From: Phreatobacter sp.
Lineage (GTDB): Bacteria; Pseudomonadota; Alphaproteobacteria; Rhizobiales; Phreatobacteraceae
Assembly (NCBI RefSeq): GCF_016793595.1
Contig: NZ_JAEULY010000016.1
Coordinates: 1-32,000 of the forward strand
Reading direction: 5' to 3'
Length of the DNA: 32,000 nucleotides
In this document: in pieces, positions 25,387 to 32,000 of the stretch
Layout of the letters: each line of letters opens with the position of its first letter
How positions within the stretch are numbered: position 1 is the first letter of the stretch
Notes under the pieces: model-generated
What the model saw: the letters and a program-made list of their open reading frames with translations, nothing else
Database searches by the model: none
Told to the model about the DNA's origin: nothing
Translations under genes and position numbers: made by a program

Positions 25387-27144
25387 TTACAGGCCGAGGT
25401 CGCGCTTGCGACCCAGCGTCCAGTCGATGCCGCCACCGGCGCGCACCACGCCGGACACTTGCCGGCCGAGCTGCTGTTCGAGGGTGCTGGCCCAGGGCAC
25501 GAGCCGGAAACCAAGACCGTCATCGAGCATGGCGAAACGGCCGGACGCGAGCGCAAGCCGCTGGCGGACGACGCCGGAAATCTTCTCGCCGTCGGCGGCG
25601 GAGCGATAAGCAAGCCCGGTCTCGCCGGCGATCTTCGCGCCAACCGAATCCAGCTCGCGCTTGCGCAGCGTGTCGAGCAGACCGCGCTCGAACACGGTGC
25701 GTTCGCCATAGCGGCGCGCCAGCCCTTCCTTGACGAGATGGTCGGTGCGCGCGTCCATCGCGCGACGCACCTCGGCGCCGAACCCGCCGTCAGCGACGCC
25801 AGCGCCGCGCTCGATCAGGCGATGGTCGAGCCAGGTTGCACCCGGCGCCTTGACCTGCGCGGCAAGGTCGAGGTCTGAGCGCGTGGCGAGCACCAGCGTC
25901 GGCTTGGCCTCGCCGGGCCGTCCAACGCCACGCAGTTCGACGATGCCGCCGAGCTTTGGGCTATGCTCCAGCGCCTCGATGCCGGGCAGGCGCACATGAT
26001 GGGTGCGGCCGTCCGTGCCGTCGATCACAGCATAGGCGGTGCCGGTCAGCTCGTCGTGCAATCCCTTGTCGATGAGCCGGCCGGCAATCGGGTTCTCGGG
26101 CGCGCCGTTCACGACGGCGTAGCTGTCGAGCGCGCGATCCTGCCCGCGTTCTTTGAGCGCCGCACCGATCGTGCGGATGATGTCGCCGCGCGTCCCCAGC
26201 TCGCGCAGCTTCGCCGCCGCCCCTTCGGCGACCGCCCATCGCCCCGGCTCACCCTCGGCCGCGAGTCCCATCGTTTCCAGATGCTGCAACCGACCGATCA
26301 TCAATCGGCGGAGGCGCGGGTCGTCCGGGCCGGGCCGCTCGGCGCGCAGGTCGATTACGCCCAGCTCATCGGCGGCGCGGCCGATCTCGCCGTCGAGCCG
26401 GGTCCAGCGCTCCGCCGTTACCTCGCGATCGAGCGCACGTTGGACCTCATGTTCGGGTTTCGGCCCCAACTCCGCGAACGCCAGCTCCTCGGCACGCGAC
26501 CGCAGATTGTGGCTGATATAGTCGCGGGCGATAAGAAGATCGCCGCCCTGGTCGTTGACCCCGCGAACGAGCAGATGGACGTGCGGATTGTCGGTGTTCC
26601 AATGATCGACCGCGATCCATTCCAGGCGCGTGCCAAGGTCCGCTTCCATCTGGCGAACGAGGTCGCGGGTATATTCGCGAAGGTCGGTCAATTCCGCCGC
26701 GTCCTCCGGGGACACGATGACCCGGAAATGATGGCGGTCATCCTTGCACCGCTCGGCGAAACCGCGATCGTCGGCACGGTCGCTTGTCGCGTCGAACATG
26801 CGCGTGGGAGAACCGTCGCGGGTGACGCCTTCACGCTTCAGATAGGCGATGTGCGCGGACAGCGGCGCCATACGTCGCCCGCCACGGCTGCGGGTAGTGA
26901 CGGGCAGCATCTTGACGATGGCGCGCCGGCCGGAACCGAACAGGCGGTTACGCGCAAACGCGGTGCGGCCCCGGCCGAAACTGGACTGGCCGCCCCGGCG
27001 CGACGCGCCGCCGCTGCGCCGCCCGCCGCTATGGATCGCGGCGACCCGCAGCACCTCAGCCACCAGGCCGCGCGCATTGCGGCCCTGCGCCTTGCTGCGC
27101 TTGGCCTTTCCGGGCCGGACGCGGAAATCGCTGTCCTTGCTCAC
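25387..27144 (-). CDS. Relaxase/mobilisation nuclease with a DUF3363-like C-terminus
   Basis: MSKDSDFRVRPG N-terminus, catalytic Tyr region HIAYLKREG, histidine triad HWNTDNPHVHLLVRG. Confidence 0.9.
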   Translation of the reverse strand: MSKDSDFRVRPGKAKRSKAQGRNARGLVAEVLRVAAIHSGGRRSGGASRRGGQSSFGRGRTAFARNRLFGSGRRAIVKMLPVTTRSRGGRRMAPLSAHIAYLKREGVTRDGSPTRMFDATSDRADDRGFAERCKDDRHHFRVIVSPEDAAELTDLREYTRDLVRQMEADLGTRLEWIAVDHWNTDNPHVHLLVRGVNDQGGDLLIARDYISHNLRSRAEELAFAELGPKPEHEVQRALDREVTAERWTRLDGEIGRAADELGVIDLRAERPGPDDPRLRRLMIGRLQHLETMGLAAEGEPGRWAVAEGAAAKLRELGTRGDIIRTIGAALKERGQDRALDSYAVVNGAPENPIAGRLIDKGLHDELTGTAYAVIDGTDGRTHHVRLPGIEALEHSPKLGGIVELRGVGRPGEAKPTLVLATRSDLDLAAQVKAPGATWLDHRLIERGAGVADGGFGAEVRRAMDARTDHLVKEGLARRYGERTVFERGLLDTLRKRELDSVGAKIAGETGLAYRSAADGEKISGVVRQRLALASGRFAMLDDGLGFRLVPWASTLEQQLGRQVSGVVRAGGGIDWTLGRKRDLGL

Positions 27145-27382
27145 GGCCGGGCCGTTTCCCGCCGAAAATGGCCAATGGTGCCATTCGAGACGTTGATTTT
27201 ACTGGCTTTTCCCTTCCGCGCGGCACGCGCGCCGACCGACGCCCCCATGTGAAGCCACGGAAAAGCCCCGGCTTTTCGGCGAAACGGGGTGCGGCTTATA
27301 TCTTGCCCTCGCAGTTCCCCCCTGTTTCCTGCCCTCTCGGTTCCCTGCTCGAATCCGGCGACCGATCGGGCGCGAGCGCCAA
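27145..27382. other. Candidate oriT / promoter region upstream of the relaxase
   Basis: 238-bp non-coding gap with inverted repeats AATGGC (27167-27172)/GCCATT (27180-27185), GAAAAGCC (27260-27267)/GGCTTTTC (27270-27277) and CCCCG (27266-27270)/CGGGG (27285-27289). In related ICEs oriT lies immediately upstream of the relaxase gene. Confidence 0.3.
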
Positions 27383-28273
27383 TCATTGCGGTCGGCCCGC
27401 GCGGGCGCGGGGGACGAACAGCGTGTCCGCCTGCGTTTCCGGTGACGAGGGAACCGCGATCTCCTGCGCTTCGGTGGCGCGCGCCGCGACCGATCCCGGC
27501 GCATCGGATGTGTCGTCGGATTGCGCGGCAGACGACGCGGACCCGCTACCTGTGATGCGGACGAACAGTGCCGAACGACGCCACGCGAAGCGGTCCTGCG
27601 GCGCACTCACCGCCGTTTCGACCGCACCCCGCGCGCCGACCACGGCCGTAAGCTGGGCCAGGTAGCCGATCGTCTCGGCGGGCAGCGGACGGCCGCGCGA
27701 CACATAGTCGTCGTAGCGCCCCGGTCCCGCATTATAGGCCGCCAGCATCGCGCTCGCGTTGCCGTAGCGGTCGTGCATCTCGCGCAGATAGGCCGCGCCC
27801 GCCATGATGTTGTCGCGCACGTCGAATGGATCGGGGCCGAGACCGTAACGGACGCGCAGCCCCGCCCAGGTCGCAGGCATGATCTGCATCAGCCCCATAG
27901 CGCCAGCCCGCGAGACAGCGCGCGAGTTGGCCCGGCTTTCGACGCGCATGACCGCCCATATCCACGCTTCGGGAATCCCGAACCGCCGCGCGGCGTCGGC
28001 GACATGACCAGCATAGGGATGTGCTGCGGCCGGGGCGGCGACGGGCGCGTCTTGCGCCCGAACCGTTCCCGGCGCAGCGCCACAGGACAGCAGGACGGTC
28101 GCAATCAATATGGCCGATCCGACTCCGCTTCGCCGCCAGCCTGCCAGCGTGCTCGCTGCGGTAAAGGGTTCGCGCCAAGCGCCGGCCTTTGGCCGCCCTT
28201 GACCCCCGCTGCGCGCGCCGGCCGGCCTTTGGCCGAGCGGGACGAAGGGATGAGACGGCTTTCCCGCGAACAA
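27383..28273 (-). CDS. Lytic transglycosylase (SLT domain) of the transfer apparatus
   Basis: SLT motifs VMRVESR, GLMQIMPATW, AGAAYLREM, AAYNAGPGRY, after a signal peptide (RRSGVGSAILIATVLLSCG). Start uncertain: TTG at 28273 is the only canonical in-frame start between the signal peptide and the DUF736 gene. Confidence 0.8.
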   Translation of the reverse strand: MFAGKPSHPFVPLGQRPAGARSGGQGRPKAGAWREPFTAASTLAGWRRSGVGSAILIATVLLSCGAAPGTVRAQDAPVAAPAAAHPYAGHVADAARRFGIPEAWIWAVMRVESRANSRAVSRAGAMGLMQIMPATWAGLRVRYGLGPDPFDVRDNIMAGAAYLREMHDRYGNASAMLAAYNAGPGRYDDYVSRGRPLPAETIGYLAQLTAVVGARGAVETAVSAPQDRFAWRRSALFVRITGSGSASSAAQSDDTSDAPGSVAARATEAQEIAVPSSPETQADTLFVPRARAGRPQ

Positions 28274-28298
28274 AGGGATGAACAGGGATCGCACCGGC

Positions 28299-28631
28299 TC
28301 AGTCCTGCTCGCGCGACTTGGGCTGGCGGTTCCAGCGCAACGACCAGGCCGATTTGTCGCCCGTGTTCTGGAACAGCGCGGCGCGGATCGGCTGCGCGAA
28401 CGCGGGGTCGTCGATGCGCAGCGAGACGTAATCTCCGGCGCGTTCGCCGGTCTCGTTCCAGCCCGCGCCGATCTCCGGGCCTTCGCTGTCGCCGCGGTGG
28501 ACGCGCCAGTCCGGCGCCTTTTCGGCGTCGGTCGGGTCGGCGGGAACGATCGATATGCGGATGTCGAGAGTCGCCGTCTCGATGATGCCTTCATAGCCGT
28601 TGGCGGTGCGGAAAAAGCTGCCGATCTGCAT
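28299..28631 (-). CDS. DUF736-domain protein
   Basis: MQIGSFFRTANGYEGIIETATLD..ISIVP...KAPDWRV is the canonical DUF736 N-terminus. 110 aa from the internal ATG at 28631. Confidence 0.85.
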   Translation of the reverse strand: MQIGSFFRTANGYEGIIETATLDIRISIVPADPTDAEKAPDWRVHRGDSEGPEIGAGWNETGERAGDYVSLRIDDPAFAQPIRAALFQNTGDKSAWSLRWNRQPKSREQD

Positions 28632-28666
28632 GGGAATATCCTTTCGTTTGGTGGGGTGGATGCGGG

Positions 28667-29224
28667 TCAGGACCGGACGGCACGCCACCTCAGCGGCGCT
28701 TCGGGGATGTCGCGGGTGAGGATCGAGATGGCGCGGCCGAGCACGGTCGAGGCTGGCAGCGGCCCGAAGTAGCGCCCGTCCAGGCTGTCGGGATGATCGG
28801 GATTGAGCAGCAGCAGCTCGCCGGCTGCGATCGTGCGGCAACCCTGCCACGCGGGCAGCGGGCGGCCGATCCGGTCACGGATCAGGGCGACGGCAACCGC
28901 ACGTCCATCGACGCTGACCGTCGCACCGATCCGGCAAACGCGCTGTCCCGCCTTGGCGGCGACATGCTTCAACAGTGGCACGTCACGGCCGAGATAACCG
29001 CGCTGGGCCATCCAGCGGCCAAGCGCTTCGGGCGGCGCGACGGCGACAAGCGCACCAACGTGCGGATCGCTGTCGGGCCGTATGCGATAGAGACCGAGCG
29101 GCGCGCTCGCGCTGGCGTTCCAGATGACGCGCGGCAGCGGATCGGTGAGCGCGACGGCAGCGAACGATAGGACGAACACTGACGCAGCGATGGCGGTCGC
29201 ACGGAGATAGAAGCGGCGCGTCAT
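28667..29224 (-). CDS. traF: S26-family conjugative signal peptidase TraF
   Basis: TM anchor, NASASAPLGLY (catalytic Ser region), DSLDGRYFGP. ATGA overlap with the upstream gene. Confidence 0.85.
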   Translation of the reverse strand: MTRRFYLRATAIAASVFVLSFAAVALTDPLPRVIWNASASAPLGLYRIRPDSDPHVGALVAVAPPEALGRWMAQRGYLGRDVPLLKHVAAKAGQRVCRIGATVSVDGRAVAVALIRDRIGRPLPAWQGCRTIAAGELLLLNPDHPDSLDGRYFGPLPASTVLGRAISILTRDIPEAPLRWRAVRS

Positions 29225-29727
29225 CCCTCGATCTCCCGGCGCTTGAGCCAGGCGCGATGACGCTCCAGCGTGTAGGGACGCGGGGCTTGTCCGGCGGCAA
29301 TGCGGTTATGGACGTGCCGCCAATGGTCGGGCGCGGCGTCACAGGGATCGACGCCGGCCGCCTCGGTCGCGTCGATCGCCGCGAGAACCTGACTGACTTT
29401 GGGCCAGCCCTCGATCTTGAGTAGGATGTCGCCACCCGGCCGCACGAATGGCAGCGTCGTGAACGGCTCGTCCGCGCCGACTGCGCGCACGATGTCGATG
29501 CGCGAGACTACCGTGCCGTAGTCGTTCGCCGCCCAGCGGACGAACGCGAAGATCTCGCCGGGCCGGAAGCGGACGATGCGTCGGCGGCGATCAACGATCT
29601 CGTCCACGGCGACGCGGCCGAACCTGATCCAGTGCTCGATCCGCTTCTCGATCCACGTCAGTTCAACGCGGGTCATGCCGTCGTCGGACGGCTGGCGGTG
29701 ACGCATGGGTGACGGCGGGACGGTCAT
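29221..29727 (-). CDS. DUF2840-domain protein
   Basis: TRVELTWIEKRIEHWIRFG...FAFVRWAANDYGTV..RIDIV resembles DUF2840 proteins found next to traF in ICEs. ATGA overlaps at both ends. Confidence 0.7.
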   Translation of the reverse strand: MTVPPSPMRHRQPSDDGMTRVELTWIEKRIEHWIRFGRVAVDEIVDRRRRIVRFRPGEIFAFVRWAANDYGTVVSRIDIVRAVGADEPFTTLPFVRPGGDILLKIEGWPKVSQVLAAIDATEAAGVDPCDAAPDHWRHVHNRIAAGQAPRPYTLERHRAWLKRREIEG

Positions 29728-29990
29728 CGCCGGCTCCGGGCGATGGCCGAATCCGCGCGCGGCATGAGGTCGTCCTGACCCGGATCGGAAGTCGAATGCT
29801 TGATGCCGATGTCGGCCCAGGCGCGCAGGTCATCGACCGAATAGACCACCCTGCCACCGATCCGGCGGTAGGCGGGGCCGGTGCCGAAATAGCGATGCTT
29901 CTCCAGCGTGCGACCGGAAAGGCCGAGAAAGCGCGCGGCTTCCGGCGTGCGCAGGAAACGGGGCGGCAAGTTGGTGGGCGTATCGGACAA
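29724..29990 (-). CDS. MerR/AlpA-type HTH protein, RdfS-like excisionase (recombination directionality factor) candidate (88 aa)
   Basis: FLRTPEAARFLGLSGRTLEKHRYFGTGPAYRRIGGRVVYSVDDLRAWAD is an HTH_17/excisionase signature. TTG start at 29990, 7 nt after AGGAG. Confidence 0.7.
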   Translation of the reverse strand: MSDTPTNLPPRFLRTPEAARFLGLSGRTLEKHRYFGTGPAYRRIGGRVVYSVDDLRAWADIGIKHSTSDPGQDDLMPRADSAIARSRR

Positions 29991-30119
29991 GTGACGGCTC
30001 CTGCGGGCGGTGGCGGCAGGAGGCGTAATTGTCAGAATGGAAGCGGCCGGGTGGGGTATGAAGATGTGCGGCTGCGCGGATGTGACCACCCCCCGCGACG
30101 GCGCCCTTGGATGGGCGTT

Positions 30120-30903
30120 TCAGCGGATGCGGAGCAGCTTGCGGTAATCGCCTTTCATCATGGCGATGCCATCACGGACGAGCCGAACCACGAACGACCG
30201 GGACGCCGACATTTTCCAGTCGCTCGCGGAGAGGTTGGTCGCGTCTTCGCGCCCTAACTCTACCGCGATCTGGCGATAGGTCGCACCGCCATCACGCAAA
30301 TCAACGGCGCGCAGGATCAGCTTCAGGCGGGCTAGGCGATAGGGCGTGAGGGGCCAACCGCGCGGCAACGGTCCGGCCTCTCGACCGAGCAACCGGCGAT
30401 GAAAACGCAACAGGGTGGCGATGCGAGTAATGAAGTCGCGGTCGAGGGGGACGATGGCGGCGAGCGGGCGGCCGGGCGTCGGGTCACGCAGCCATAACCG
30501 ATGCTCGCCGGCCGCGTCGGCGACGATGACGTGGCGCCCGTCGGTCCCCGCCAGGTCCGCGAGCAGCGCGCCGAGCAAGTGCGGATCGACCGGCTGAGCG
30601 CTCGCAAATCCGTCCGGCGCCGCGTCAAGAATGACCGTCACGGCGGACAGCTCCGGCCGCCAGATGACGGGCTCGGTCAGGTCATCGGGCGCGGTGGCGA
30701 AAGGACAACCCCCAGCGCCGCGCGAATGCTGCTTCCGCTGCGTTCTTGGCGACGGCGCCGTCCGCGATGCGCTGCCGCATCTGTGCATGTTCGGCGCGAT
30801 AGGTGCGATTTCGGCGTAGAAACTCGGCGGCTATGTCGGCGCGCCCGAGCGCATCGGACAGTCCGCCGACACGCCGCTGGCGACGCCCCGGCGGCGTCGG
30901 CAT
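30120..30903 (-). CDS. FseA-like DUF6499 + DUF2285 transcriptional activator, split over two frames (+1 shift needed at 30699-30702); either a programmed frameshift or a pseudogene
   Basis: Frame A (30903->30682) encodes ...DIAAEFLRRNRTYRAEH...ARRWGLSF then stops. Frame B continues ATAPDDLTEPVIWRPE... to a DUF2285 C-terminus (LRAVDLRDGGATYRQIAVEL...GDYRKLL). GGGAGGA RBS before the ATG at 30903. Confidence 0.65.
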
Positions 30904-31058
30904 GGCATCCTCCCAGTCGCGCCTTCAGCGCGGTTTGTGGAAGATTGAAGATCGTCATGGAACGCCTGCGCGATAGCGCGAAGGTCGCGCACAACCATGC
31001 CGTGCAGGCGGCAAGTTGGCACGGCAATTGGTCCGAAATGGAGAGTAATCTTAACGAT

Positions 31059-31322
31059 TTAGCCACGTCGGCTTCCTAGCAAATGAGCGTATCCCACTTC
31101 CGTCATCCACCGCGCGCGGGCGAGGTGGCTGTCGTGCATGACCTTCGCGCGACCCGGCTCGCGCGCGACGTCGATGCCAAAGATCAAACCAGCGGCCTCT
31201 CGCCAATCCGCCCCGTCTGCGTCAGCGTCGAGCAACCGCAGATAGTCGGTGAGATGGCCATTATCATAGGCCGTAAGTTCGGCAGAATCGGGCGCGCGAT
31301 CATCGAAAACTTTGGTGTTCAT
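31059..31322 (-). CDS. Stand-alone DUF2285-like small protein (87 aa), QseM-like antiactivator candidate
   Basis: YLRLLDADADGADWREAAGLIFGID...SHLARARWMTEVGYAHLL follows the same pattern as the DUF2285 C-terminus of the adjacent gene (LRAVDLRDGGATYRQIAVELG...GDYRKLL). Confidence 0.5.
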   Translation of the reverse strand: MNTKVFDDRAPDSAELTAYDNGHLTDYLRLLDADADGADWREAAGLIFGIDVAREPGRAKVMHDSHLARARWMTEVGYAHLLGSRRG

Positions 31323-31550
31323 CTCGTTCTCGCCGATCCGCCCTCTTTAACTAATTAGATCAGGGCGCTGCGTTTCGATGAGCGTGACAGGCATGATTGG
31401 CCGCAAATTCTGCATAGCTCGCCGACACTCGAAAAGGCTGCTGATTTGCGGTGCGCCCCCGCAAACAGCTCCTAGACCCGTGATCGGGGAGTTGGAAAAC
31501 CGGAATATCTCGGTCCCTATGACCTTTAGCCCGAGAGCCTGTTGTATACG

Positions 31551-31844
31551 TCACAGGCTCCCCGACCATGCGGTCAAGGATGGCGGCGTCGTCACGGCCG
31601 ACGCCCAACCGGATATTCCGGGGTTTCCACGCCCCAGGCCGCCGCGTAGCGGCCCGAGAGCTTCATAGGATGGCGGGGCTGATTTGACCACCACTAAGCG
31701 CGAGCCGGGCGCCAGCCCGGCGAGCGCGTTTGCGGCCGCGCGGACCTTGGGACGCGCGGCCGCCGCCGATCCGCCGCAGCGGATCGGCGCTAGATAGCCG
31801 AGCCGCAGGGCCGAAGGTCCGGCCCTGCGGTGGCGAACGGTCAT
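31551..31844 (-). CDS. Doubtful hypothetical ORF (97 aa, Gly/Ala/Pro/Arg-rich)
   Basis: The only support is that its ATG overlaps the stop of the upstream partial gene (ATGA at 31841-31844). The composition is not protein-like, and protein-like fragments in the other two frames suggest a decayed gene. Confidence 0.2.
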   Translation of the reverse strand: MTVRHRRAGPSALRLGYLAPIRCGGSAAAARPKVRAAANALAGLAPGSRLVVVKSAPPSYEALGPLRGGLGRGNPGISGWASAVTTPPSLTAWSGSL

Positions 31845-32000
31845 GCTTTCTTGAGGCGTTGCATTCCCTCGGCCAGTGTCCAGAGCGCCCGGTTGAGCGT
31901 CACGTTCTGGTCAATGCCGTTGATGGCGCGGGTCTGCGCCCGGCGTATGCGGCCCTCCGCGTTGCGCTTGCGGCCCTGCAACCCGCCCCGCACGACATTC
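31841..32000 (-). CDS. 3' end of an unidentified gene entering from the right window edge
   Basis: Open frame to the window edge, ending ...RAINGIDQNVTLNRALWTLAEGMQRLKKA*. No family recognised from 52 residues. Confidence 0.4.
   Translation of the reverse strand, partial: NVVRGGLQGRKRNAEGRIRRAQTRAINGIDQNVTLNRALWTLAEGMQRLKKA

Noticed and set aside
28274-28594. N-terminal extension of the lytic transglycosylase track ORF (403 aa).
   Set aside because: It overlaps the clearly recognisable DUF736 gene (28299..28631) in another frame and has an Arg/Ser/Thr/Ala-rich low-complexity composition.
1-32000. Scan for CRISPR arrays, tRNA/rRNA genes and long direct repeats or att-like sites.
   Set aside because: No regularly spaced repeats, no cloverleaf-like or rRNA-like conserved stretches, and no long duplicated segments could be recognised by eye. 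A computational repeat and tRNA scan would be needed to exclude short att sites.

Overview
GC-rich, alphaproteobacterium-like DNA (a sphingomonad origin is a guess). About two thirds of the window is the transfer backbone of an integrative conjugative element or plasmid, all on the minus strand. At 11963-21590 there is a complete P-type trb operon: trbB-C-D-E-J-(K-alt)-L-F-G-I-DUF2274. At 22967-31322 there is a CopG / TraG coupling protein / relaxase block. It is followed by lytic transglycosylase, DUF736, TraF peptidase, DUF2840 and an RdfS-like excisionase, and then a DUF2285 regulator pair resembling FseA/QseM of Mesorhizobium ICEMlSymR7A. The FseA-like gene is split by a +1 frameshift at a UUU_C site. 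Cargo is inserted at two places: two VOC/glyoxalase genes at 21803-22878, and a block at about 1-11950. That block has visibly lower GC over about 980-7700. It holds regulators (ArsR, AraC, LysR), another VOC gene, small membrane proteins, a PIN-like gene and an IS5-family transposase fragment at the left edge. The most interesting item is a tightly coupled five-gene minus-strand operon at 1694-7122. It encodes a beta-class SPPY DNA methyltransferase, a small BglII/BamHI-fold protein with apparently degenerate catalytic residues, a ParB/Srx-like protein, an SNF2 DEAH helicase and a stand-alone DUF3883 PD-(D/E)xK protein. This gene set matches no named restriction or defence system I know, so I propose it as a candidate undescribed modification-linked defence system or ICE establishment system. 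I saw no rRNA, tRNA or CRISPR array. All family assignments come from reading motifs in the supplied translations; no searches were run.
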